Positions 53,801 through 57,389 of a stretch of 64,000 nucleotides of DNA are shown here, piece after piece (within the stretch, counting starts at the first letter, position 1; each line of letters opens with the position of its first letter). The stretch spans positions 3,238 to 67,237 of the forward strand of contig JBFWVI010000009.1 in NCBI GenBank assembly GCA_050246815.1. Direction: 5' to 3'. Both the position numbers and the translations under genes were made by a program. The DNA is from Bdellovibrionales bacterium (GTDB lineage: Bacteria; Bdellovibrionota; Bdellovibrionia; Bdellovibrionales; UBA1609). The notes beneath the pieces were generated by a model, which worked only from the letters and a program-made list of their open reading frames with translations, had not been told where the DNA came from and did not search any database.

Positions 53801-56800
53801 CCAGTGTCAGATTGCTTTCAAACATCACGCTGTCACCCGCAGGAACGGACTTAACTCTGACGGCGGGAACAATCAGCCTATCGGGTTACCACTTAAGCGT
53901 ACGCGATGTTTTGACCATGGCCTCGGGTACCGTGATTGACAAAGGTTGCGGCACCGTGCGTGTCAATGGCACGTTGTTGCCAGATGGCCCCTACAGTTCC
54001 GGAACCATTACCAACACATCTCCATCCATCAACCTTTCCGTCAATGATGTGACCGTTGGTGAGGCCGATGGCAACGCCACATTTACCGTGACTCTCAGTG
54101 GGGCACATTGTGCAGCGGTGACATTTAATTACGCGACCGTCAATGGGACGGCGGCGCAGCCTGGTGATTACACGTCAACTTCTGGGGTGGGCACGATTGC
54201 TGCGGGACAGCTGACGTTGGCGGTGAATGTGCCGATCATCAATGACTCAGATTACGAGGGGTCAACAGATGAGACCTTCACGCTTTCGCTCTCTGGAGTT
54301 TCGGGTGTGGCCGTGCTGGATCCTTATGGTGTGGGTTCCATCACCGACAACGATGCCGCGCCAGTTCTTTTTATCTCTGACGCCACCGCCACAGAAGGCG
54401 GAACACTCGACTTCATAGTGACTTTGGCCAGCAGCAGCGGTAGCGAAATCACATTCAACTTCCAGACCTACAACGGAACCGCCACCACGGCTCAAGATTA
54501 CACGGCACAAAGCGGATCGGCCACCATTGCGATAGGCGCCACTTCGGTGACCATCAGCGTGGTGACACTTGATGACACAACTGATGAGGAGAGCCCTGAA
54601 AGCTTAACCCTCACAATTAGTTCAGCAACCAATGCCGCGATTGTCGACACCACCGGAGTCGGCTCGATCAACGACAACGACAATGCGCCTTTGATTTTTG
54701 TCAATACGGCTTCCGTCAACGAGGGTGGGACGCTTCAATTTGGTGTTTCGCTTTCGCAGAGTTCGGATCGAGAAATCACCTTTCAGTACAGCACAAATGA
54801 TGGCGCTGGTTCAGACAAGGCTGAGGCCCCCGGTGATTACACGGCGGTGACAAATCAAGTTGTGACTATTGCGGCGGGCAGCCTCACCACAAGCCTTGGC
54901 GTTGTCACTGCGCAAGAAACTACTTTCGAAATGAACGAGAAAATGAAAGTGGTGTTGTCTTCTTTAGTCAACGTCACCTCTGGCGACACAGGGGAGGCCG
55001 AGGGTACGATTAGCAATGAAGACACTTTCACGCCTGTGGTTGTCGCAGTTTATCCGACCAATGGTGCGAACTGGAACGACTACGTCAAGTACGACAATGA
55101 TAACGGCGGCACCAATACTTTCAATCAAGACGACATAGCCTGCACGGGTGCCGAAACCGGCCGCTATGGCCAATTGAACGGTTGTATCCACGGTGGTGAA
55201 AGGCGCAAAGTCACTGTCACCGGTTATACTTCGTGCGCGAACTTAACCATGACGGATTCTGTTGGCGCCTTTGATTGGAAGTGTATCGTCTCTGGGGGCA
55301 CAGCCACGTTTTACTCCACAAGCTTTAACTCGGGCAAAGGTTTGGCGGATCTTATTAATGCAACGTCTTGGAAGAACATAACCGTCACGGTTTTAGATGG
55401 TGTGACCACGCTGGGGACTTCGGCCGCCGCCGCATGGGCATCAAATATCGTAGCGGCGTTGCCTGATAATAACAGCACTGGTGCAGTCGTTCAACTTGAC
55501 GGCACTGATGATGACACCAGTGGGCCCGATTTCGGCATTACGGCGGGTTCGATCCTGACGCGCTCGACGGACATGACTGCAAGCCGTGGGTTTAACCTGA
55601 ATGCGGATAGACTTAGCATCGTGACTCTTGGCACGGCCAGAATCACTTACGATCCAAGTGCGGGAGCAGTTTGTGATTGGACGACAGGTGAAACGACCGG
55701 CGCAACTACGTCAGTATTTCTCTGCACCGGAGGTCAAAAATTTATATGGATTGAAGGCAATTTTGCTGGGGATACCTCGTCGACCAATGACTTGCTCATG
55801 ACTCTGGTGAATACAAAGCATTCGCGAGTTCATAAAACACGATTGACTCGATCTGAATACGAAACATTTTATTTGTACAATTCGAACTCAAACATGGTGA
55901 CGGATTTGGCGATCCATACCGGCAGTGCATACTACAACACGTTCGGTGTTGACGCTTCTTCATACAACACATTTGTTGGGGTCAAGGTTTCAAACTCAAT
56001 TGCAGCCAATCCTTATGTCGCGATCTATGTGACGGGAGCTTCGTCTTACAACGTTTTTCACGAGATCGCGCTTTCAAATGCCCCACACTATGGCTTTTTT
56101 CTTGAAAACGGCACCAATAACACGATTTCAAAAGTGGTTTTGGCCAACACCACCGGTCGCGCGTATTATATTAGTGGAGCTCAGGGTTCTGTGGCCCGAA
56201 ATACCACAAGTCACCTGACGATGGCCAACGCCGAAGGGATCATTTTAGAAGGGTATACCTTTGGGGCTGATTACCAGACCCTCAACCAGGCTGTGGTTGC
56301 CAACGGAAGTGACTATGCCGCGCTCTATGTCTATGGTGCGAACAATGCAAAAATATCGCAATTTGTAAGCGGTCATAATTCGGTGGACCTGACCGCGAGC
56401 GGCAGCAATGGATTTTTCACGAACAATATGCTGATTGGCCCGTCGGCATCGGGGGCATGTAATGGCAATACCGGGACAAACACCGGTCTTGGCGCATTTA
56501 CCTGTACAAACCAAGGATCTTCGGACGCCAACTTTGTCATCGGCAGCTCGATTGACCTGACCAACTCATTTGTTGGCAAAGCGACTAGTGATTCGGCCAA
56601 CACATCTGACACATCCGGTACTGCGGCATACAATACGATCACTGACTTTTTGAACTTTGAAAATTTCTATCGTCTATGGGGGCTTGATGGTTCGGGAGCC
56701 TTCCCTCATGCCAGCCAAGAGGGTCGTTGTTCAGGCACCAGCACTTGTCGAATTTGGGATTGGCGTTTGAAATCCACGGATACTGTTCTTCGTAATAAGA

Positions 56801-57111
56801 GCAATGATGGCTCCACTTCGAACGACGCCTTTACGGCCAACAGCACTTGCCCGGCCGCAGTCCATGGCAACAAGGCCCTGGCGGATCAACAGACCTCGGT
56901 CAACACCTTCTTGATCAACGCCCAAGAGATCATGTTGGACGGCGTGGGCGACGACGACGGCCTGTGCGAAAGCAGCGAAGAGTGTATCTATTCACCGAAC
57001 TTCGGGGCCTATCAAGGTGAGGGTAATTATAAAGCGGGTGGCACGTGCACCTTCCAAAACGGCACGATCACCGGCGTGATCATGTATGCTTATCCAACCA
57101 ACGGTGGCTAA
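35872..57111 (+). CDS. Giant modular surface lipoprotein (about 7,080 aa from ATG 35872; ORF open from 35782)
   Basis: A single uninterrupted frame of 21.3 kb. The ATG at 35872 gives MVERGLISSIITAWSRRFAPAVFLLSAIALSGC, a canonical lipobox. I counted 30 Calx-beta-like domains, 21 propeller blades in three groups of 7, three Ig-like segments and two beta-solenoid modules. The protein ends in a Cys-rich beta-helix C-terminal module. Confidence 0.85.
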   Translation: MVERGLISSIITAWSRRFAPAVFLLSAIALSGCKLETNIKDLTEPASDIPILSTQDVSITEGTTAAYLVTMNRSSSMPVVVVYQTLPQTATSGADYTALFGLLTIPAGQTFGYLPLAALEDPNYEGNEIFRVELSAASNAVMASATLAKNITILDNENRPKVFISDATVGEGGTLTFNVTTDVPSELEVAFNYASVAGLDPDPLMRASAGADFTSVAGRITLAALSMATSIPVISLQDILDENDELFHVTLTSLSNSDPGDVSGLGEITDDDLAPVLSVSDLSINEGDTGSLAVSLSVISGLPVVFDIATSNGSNVDPTLNAQAPGDYTAKSLVSVTIAAGQAQVIVTLVTIEDLVDEQDEGFFATVSNVTNAGTGQLISNVTIVDDDGPPLIYITDTAVVEGGTLAFVVSLTAPSALDVTFNFQSFDGTATTADSDYTGINSAGTIPMGSLTTLVYVITTADTKYEANETMTVSLSAVVNAGNGDLLATGTITNDDSPPGLYITDAAVLEGETAHFVISLSEISSQDVTVNWFTANGTATTSDSDYTGVASTLVTIPAGSLTVGAAVITVEDTRYEANETYNVSLQTATGATIVDNTGVGTITNDDVLPTIYIDDLTMSEGETGQFVVSLSTAAGLPVVFDWQTFAATATAPGDFTAVTTTTRTIPAGTLFVNVAVITTEDALNEVSENFQVSLSSLTNAAAGDLLATGTITDDDAAPSLYIVDAAAVSEGQTSVFWVTMTAASGLDVTFNYQSVDGTAVSTQDYTAVALTMGTIPAGSLSVAINVVTIDDLVDETSPENYTVTLTSPTNATISDGIGLGTINDNDNPPLLYVLDSSVNEGETLTFYATLSQISDLDVVFNYTSLDGTGGDRAQAPGDYTSVSNQTMTIPAGSLSVAMQVVTVEDVTFEADEKLNITLSSLSNVTLGDDGLGEGTILNDDAGPLIFIGDASVTEGQTAVFAVTISALSSVDVIFTWNTTNDTATGGSDYTAVGATVVTIPAGSLTTAVSVVTIDDVVAAEPAETFNVTLTGLTNVNSGDINGVGTINDNDTSTLYIGDASVTEGGTLIFAVTLSLATGVDVTFNFQTVDGTATTADSDYTSIALTAMTIPAGSLTSFLAVVTAADTKYENNETLNVTLTSAVNAGAGDMNGVGTINNDDSVPGVYINDVTVIEGGTANFSISLSAVSGVDVTVNWATIDGTATTANSDYTGVGTTLVTIPAGSLSVVGPVITLQDTLHENSETYTITLTSATGGTIVDGLGLGTITDDDTAPQLSIYDLTILEGETGQFVVSLSALSGLETVFSWQTFFGTATAPDFTAVSTTVITIPALTSSVQLPLITTEDLLNEGDETFLASLSAASNATFLDDLATGTITDDDGPPMLYVLDAASVTEGQTSLFWVTLTAASGLDVTFSYRTFNDTAVSTQDYTAVGLTSATIPAGSLSVSFNVVTIDDTQDEVSPEYFDLSISAPNNATIADALGKGGITDNDNPPEIFIADVAVSEGGTLGFWVTLSALSDLNVDFSYVTNDGLGTDKAEAPGDYTAITLTAGQIPAGSLSLLINVVTIQESIFEVNEQLTVTLSALSNATYGDDGIATGTITNDDAGPSIFIGDASVTEGQTAVFAVTISALSSVDVIFTWNTTNDTATGGSDYTTVGATVVTIPAGSLTTAVSVVTIDDVVAAEPAETFNVTLTGLTNVNSGDINGVGTINDNDTSTLYIGDASVTEGGTLIFAVTLSLATGVDVTFNFQTVDGTATTADSDYTSIALTAMTIPAGSLTSFLAVVTAADTKYENNETLNVTLTSAVNAGAGDMNGVGTINNDDSVPGVYINDVTVIEGGTANFSISLSAVSGVDVTVNWATVDGTATTANSDYTGVGTTLVTIPAGSLSVVGPVITLQDTLHENSETYTITLTSAAGGTIVDGLGLGTITDDDTAPQLSIYDLTILEGETGQFVVSLSALSGLETVFSWQTFFGTATAPDFTAVSTTVITIPALTSSVQLPLITSEDLLNEGDETFLASLSAASNATFLDDLATGTITDDDGPPMLYVLDAASVTEGQTSLFWVTLTAASGLDVTFSYRTFNDTAVSTQDYTAVGLTSATIPAGSLSVSFNVVTIDDTQDEVSPEYFDLSISAPNNATIADALGKGGIADNDNPPEIFIADVAVSEGGTLGFWVTLSAVSDLNVDFSYVTNDGLGTDKAEAPGDYTAITLTAGQIPAGSLSLLINVVTIQDVVAEPSELLTMTLSALSNAAHGDDGIATGTINDNDVVPFTWVGTTGDGLWSTAGNWSGLTVPTAANVATFTNVCLGANCNATVDVAVDVQGLNMTSAYSGTITQAAGVALRTGNSDWLMAGGAFIGSSGAITINRDFNQSGGTFTAGTQTIEVQRNWTSTAGAMNMTGSTVEFKGASGTTINIGAQQFYNLSLLKDAWTAAAATGSVTIANDFSLNQGFNAFNQGRVTGGTFDVVNRVNLGLNNGGYGPWALRLVGTGAQTIAGGIDSESALNQLHIAKPSGLVSVEGTIGIDSDFTYMSGSTFNAGTSAIHFINGYGTLSLASDLDFYDVKIAKYQYANVTIVGAGTMQVNHDLTLDASNVLLGGALLGGSIRAMGNVYANSTGGYLGGSTTVLYLAGTGAQTIVGGDGDLPSVVINSTGTVDLTGTFAVVGSFIHTNSAGLSAGTSTVYLESTGTSTVSMGAQSLNNVNVSSGSGRSMVIAGALTINGNAELSGSAGGNTLDGGTLVAKKNVSITSADFDGGTASILLNGTGAQTISNPGGGAWTSGKNYVDKVSGAVELAGNTTFALAQDMDFTSGTINMRGYDLGIRDALTMASGTTIYTDCGVLTYNGGSSSLGGTIIDGTPGALLSVNDVTVSESAGNATFTVTLAAPSCAPTIFNFATVNGTAVQPGDYTSTSGVGTIPAGQQSWTTNVPIIDDTLYEGATDETFTFSLSAVMGAPVLDPLGVGSITDNDAQPNIFVNDVTVTEGQTANFVISLSNATTSDVTFTWETVNGTATSGADYTGVGATSATIAAGQLAITVAVVTTDDVVFSEGDENYNVTLTSIANASAGDTNGVGTINDNDNAFLFIADADVVESGTLLFVVTMSAVSGSEVTFSFQSYSGLNSVMGGAAATSGTDFTAISGTATISAGVLAVTLPVVTTVDATYEGLENLSVTISAPVGASITDSTGLGFIHNDDCPATGWCQQAYIKAINADAGDIFGEGVSIMDDTLVVGAPYELSSQTTITNDTTASSDNSASQSGAAYVYVRSGNTWVQQAYIKRGKHDGYFGRSVSINGDTLAIGAFLDVSGSTQIFNGTGMAYDSPGGAEYGAVHIYKRTGSTWVQEAFIKASNSRANTDFGNGLNLAKDSLVVASASESSNQSYITQGTGSSTDASSAAAGAVYIYRRTGNTWVQEAYVKASNRNNNDRFGFGTAFDGQTLAVGAIYEDSNGTGVYNGTGASADNSSADSGAVYVYARSGTWVQQAYIKSALTGGSAYFGYDVALSGDTLVVGEPLGRASAVLINGTQAPVDENVYGTATVYKRTGSTWVQQAILKPPVQNYAQIFGAAVAISQDRVAVAAYAETSLESQVFNGTAVPNPNAGTDETGAVFVYARTGSTWVQQATLKPSNPDNVSSFGAPAYDTATFSPHRSLAISGDTIVVGSNAERSNQRGITNGPWASLNRSAISSGAAYVFHYKGAPQVTIQQAATQVDPASSLPIEFSVDFGKAISTATFTDADITQNGTATGITWSITNPSGDNRNFVLQATGGTAGTYTPSVAAGLVTDVDGNTNLASSTEYDNSVTYNIPRNLFITDAEVVEGGTMVFTVSLDGTAGSDVTFNYQSYSGLSTQLGGAAAAQGTDFTATSGAATIPMGSLTLALLVVTTVDATYEGMENLSLTLSSASGATISDSTGLGFIHNDDCPTTGWCQQAYLKGATADANDLFGYWTAIHRDTVVVGAPYESADTSSVLNGTGGSSSNGRSRTGAAYVYKRTGGTWVQEAYLKGATTDVDDFFGDTVAIHEDTIVVSSYGEGSSSSTIVNGTGGSSNNSHSNGGAAYVFKRTGNTWVREAYLKAGTPKDSSYFGEAVSIHGDTILVTALSDSSGVSGVLNGTGGSTDTSVSSAGSAYIFKRTGNTWVREAYLKAANPDASDYFGSSAALDRDTAVITAAWESSGTSTVLNGTGGSADNSVNQVGAAYVFKRTGNTWVQEAYLKPYTAIVAYMFGQYDTAISGDTIAIGANGDSSNATGITHGTGGPADTSGSSYSGAVYIFKRTGSTWARQAFIKATNAGSWDQLGSWVSLSGDLLAAGADSEDSYQSLVSSGTLASSTNDGTDIGAAYIFRRTGNTWVQDAYIKPSNGDTGDLFASVRIDGDTLVVGARGESSNLTGVINGPYASINNSAVSSGAAYVFHYKGAPQVTIQQAATQVDPASSLPIEFSVDFGKAISTATFTDADITQNGTATGITWSITNPSGDNRNFVLQATGGTAGTYTPSVAAGLVTDVDGNTNLASSTEYDNSVTYNIPRNLFITDAEVVEGGTMVFTVSLDGTAGSDVTFNYQSYSGLSTQLGGAAAAQGTDFTATSGAATIPMGSLTLALLVVTTVDATYEGMENLSLTLSSASGATISDSTGLGFIHNDDCPTTGWCQQAYMKVQWGKRLGESTSVHNDTVVVGATTHSGTDSGVINGTGMPGDSAPLNSGMAVVYARSGSTWVRQATLLPPAPDTFDYFGRKVRVSGNTAVMSTGDEDSLATGVINGTGAAFNEGASASGAALVYKRTGNTWVQEAYLKASNAEADDGFGFAIDLDEDTVVVGAYKEDSSVTGITAGTGGSSDNTAADAGAVYVFKRTGNTWVQEAFLKANNTGADDQFGYSVAVSQNTVVVTAPNEDSSLTGVSNGPGFTDNELGANDGSAYVFRRTGSTWVQEAILRSSGAGGQLFFGNDIDISADSIIVANYLDYSDETGVKNGTDGPINSDASASGAAYIFKRTGLTWVQESYLKAGNSEANDEFARGGVAISGNLAAVGSIREDSISSQVINGTASATDNDGVNSGAVYVYRRTGNTWVQSAYLKASNGKAGDLFGSSVAIDGDTLIVGAEEESSTATQVANQAWAPAFAQGSSIGAAYVFYYKGAPEVVIQQASTQADPTSSLPIAFNVAFSKPISAGTFTDADITQGGTATGITWSITNPSGDNRNFVLQATAGTAGTYIPSVAAGLVTDVDGNTNLASSSSFDNSVTYAPPSYLYISDASVLEGGTLVFNVSLDVTSTSEVTFNYQTVNGTATTADSDYTSVALTAFTIPAGTLTTSLFVVSTPDTRYENDETLSVTLTSIVTAIPGDTDGLGTIQNDDAVVGISVYDVAINEGETAQFVASLSAVSGLNAVFQWQTINGTATSASDYTAVSLTTVTIVAGQLTILLPVISTENATAEPTEQFTVSLSSATNGNFVDPVAIGTILDDDVAAFTWVGTTGDQKWTTAANWSTGTVPGSADIAIFNNVCATLCAANIDGNITVSGILLESTYTATLSQNTGQPITVGFDDLIIAGGAFQASNADIRLNDAVWQQGGTVNMGSANWYFDNCRIDAGTWNAQTSTAHMNGSGFSGSLIGAATFNNLSLVRDTSLGNPTEAQVNGTITVAGTLLLDKVGSNAHQLTAVGSSKIVALGNVNAVDFDGGDTGLIEIGGTGVQTLTGGIGGQLPNVAVIKTGGSLDLVGTIDFAESLGMASGTVNAGTSTVRFVNTGSITVVQGGVDFYNMEFRKDTSAGNLTVTLGAGSHLFADGDVLFESTGSNRMNVVHPSSSSIVVQGDITATKVYDTPSLRTNKPSGTQTITGVAGAQLGAIHLGSASTVNLVGTIDILEGFENLSTATVNPGTSLVRFINAPDVAANSSAINLGAGNYLNQVVFNKSSVWNTINGVVTITGNLTIDNSNTGNGINSAPVQVQGNVVMLDNDEGTGRIEMTGAAHTTVTMVASSAWPTGGWTVNKPGASVRLLSNITLSPAGTDLTLTAGTISLSGYHLSVRDVLTMASGTVIDKGCGTVRVNGTLLPDGPYSSGTITNTSPSINLSVNDVTVGEADGNATFTVTLSGAHCAAVTFNYATVNGTAAQPGDYTSTSGVGTIAAGQLTLAVNVPIINDSDYEGSTDETFTLSLSGVSGVAVLDPYGVGSITDNDAAPVLFISDATATEGGTLDFIVTLASSSGSEITFNFQTYNGTATTAQDYTAQSGSATIAIGATSVTISVVTLDDTTDEESPESLTLTISSATNAAIVDTTGVGSINDNDNAPLIFVNTASVNEGGTLQFGVSLSQSSDREITFQYSTNDGAGSDKAEAPGDYTAVTNQVVTIAAGSLTTSLGVVTAQETTFEMNEKMKVVLSSLVNVTSGDTGEAEGTISNEDTFTPVVVAVYPTNGANWNDYVKYDNDNGGTNTFNQDDIACTGAETGRYGQLNGCIHGGERRKVTVTGYTSCANLTMTDSVGAFDWKCIVSGGTATFYSTSFNSGKGLADLINATSWKNITVTVLDGVTTLGTSAAAAWASNIVAALPDNNSTGAVVQLDGTDDDTSGPDFGITAGSILTRSTDMTASRGFNLNADRLSIVTLGTARITYDPSAGAVCDWTTGETTGATTSVFLCTGGQKFIWIEGNFAGDTSSTNDLLMTLVNTKHSRVHKTRLTRSEYETFYLYNSNSNMVTDLAIHTGSAYYNTFGVDASSYNTFVGVKVSNSIAANPYVAIYVTGASSYNVFHEIALSNAPHYGFFLENGTNNTISKVVLANTTGRAYYISGAQGSVARNTTSHLTMANAEGIILEGYTFGADYQTLNQAVVANGSDYAALYVYGANNAKISQFVSGHNSVDLTASGSNGFFTNNMLIGPSASGACNGNTGTNTGLGAFTCTNQGSSDANFVIGSSIDLTNSFVGKATSDSANTSDTSGTAAYNTITDFLNFENFYRLWGLDGSGAFPHASQEGRCSGTSTCRIWDWRLKSTDTVLRNKSNDGSTSNDAFTANSTCPAAVHGNKALADQQTSVNTFLINAQEIMLDGVGDDDGLCESSEECIYSPNFGAYQGEGNYKAGGTCTFQNGTITGVIMYAYPTNGG
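36031..42666 (+). other. Array of 20 consecutive Calx-beta-like domains within the giant protein
   Basis: About 110-aa units with the pattern (I/V)xDxxVxEGxxxxFxVxLSxxSxxxVxVxxxTxDGTAxxxxDYTxxxxTxxIPAGxxxxxxxVxxxxDxxxExxExxxVxLxxxxN, each ending G(T/S)IxDDD or xNDN. Confidence 0.75.
38690..42666 (+). repeat. Tandem in-frame duplication, 2 x 1986 bp (6 Calx-beta-like domains per copy)
   Basis: Copy A (about 38690..40675) and copy B (about 40676..42661) align at an offset of exactly 1986 nt (662 codons). Only about 6 aa differences occur over the first 620 aa or so. 38929..39404 and 40915..41390 are identical by eye (476 bp). The copies diverge near 40570/42556. Confidence 0.9.
42667..44444 (+). 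other. Beta-solenoid-like module 1 of the giant protein
   Basis: Begins VPFTWVGTTGDGLWSTAGNWSGLTVPTAANVATFTN. It continues as about 590 aa of Gly/Thr/Asn/Ala-rich, loosely periodic sequence. It is a diverged paralog of 52228..54010. Confidence 0.55.
46915..47645 (+). repeat. Dispersed direct repeat, copy 1 (about 730 bp; Ig-like + Calx-beta-like segment)
   Basis: Nearly identical to 49066..49796 at an offset of 2151 nt (717 codons). I found a single mismatch (GGCGCACCT vs GGCGCGCCT). The encoded 243 aa are identical. Confidence 0.9.
49066..49796 (+). repeat. Dispersed direct repeat, copy 2
   Basis: See 46915..47645. The duplicated antisense ORFs in the track (46956..47351 / 49107..49502 and 47239..47430 / 49390..49581) mirror this repeat. 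Confidence 0.9.
52228..54010 (+). other. Beta-solenoid-like module 2 of the giant protein
   Basis: Begins AAFTWVGTTGDQKWTTAANWSTGTVPGSADIAIFNN. Its length and composition match module 1. Like module 1, it is followed by three Calx-beta-like domains, the first with an internal Cys (GAHCAAV versus APSCAPT). Confidence 0.55.
55024..57111 (+). other. C-terminal Cys-rich module with right-handed beta-helix-like repeats
   Basis: About 695 aa bracketed by AVYPTNGANW at its start and MYAYPTNGG-stop at its end. A central run of roughly 22-25-aa repeats reads ...YNTFVGVKVSNS..., ...YNVFHEIALSNA..., ...NNTISKVVLANT... (pectate-lyase-fold style). Many Cys occur in the flanks. Confidence 0.5.
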
Positions 57112-57263
57112 GAAGTAACCCCAGTCTTTTGGGGCAATTTTCTCGCCATTCGTAACATGTTGAAAATAAAGGTATTTTTTGCCGTCCGTGGAGTTCTTGT
57201 GATGGGCCTGCCTTCCGGCCCAAATTCTCATGGGGCAGGCTTGTCTGGGGCGGGCAAAACTCT

Positions 57264-57291
57264 TTGACTTTATGCGCTTAAGATCTATAAA
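57264..57291 (+). promoter_or_regulatory. Candidate sigma-70 promoter of rpsA
   Basis: TTGACT (57264-57269), a 16-nt spacer, then TATAAA (57286-57291), about 100 nt upstream of the rpsA ATG. Confidence 0.45.
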
Positions 57292-57389
57292 CCTACGCCA
57301 TCACCATGTTCCTTTCATTTAACCAAAAAGGCATAGGTGTACGGTCGTCGTCGCTTAAGACGGTGACCCTGAGGAGGTACGATTTGCGT

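Noticed and set aside
36031-55023. Regular ~330-bp periodicity and larger repeats that could superficially suggest a CRISPR array or satellite
   Set aside because: The repeats are long, in frame, protein-coding (Calx-beta-like domains) and lack short conserved repeat / unique spacer organisation. No cas genes are present.
36217-56925. Dozens of minus-strand and off-frame ORFs inside the giant gene, several occurring as identical pairs (38838/40824, 39702/41688, 46956/49107, 47239/49390)
   Set aside because: They are shadows of the single long plus-strand frame. Their duplication merely reports the 1986-bp and 2151-bp offsets of the sense-strand repeats.
57119-57143. A hairpin CCCCA-GTCTTT-TGGGG followed by CAATTTTCT just after the giant gene stop
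   Set aside because: The stem is only 5 bp and the T-tract is interrupted. It may be a weak terminator, but it is not supportable as a feature.
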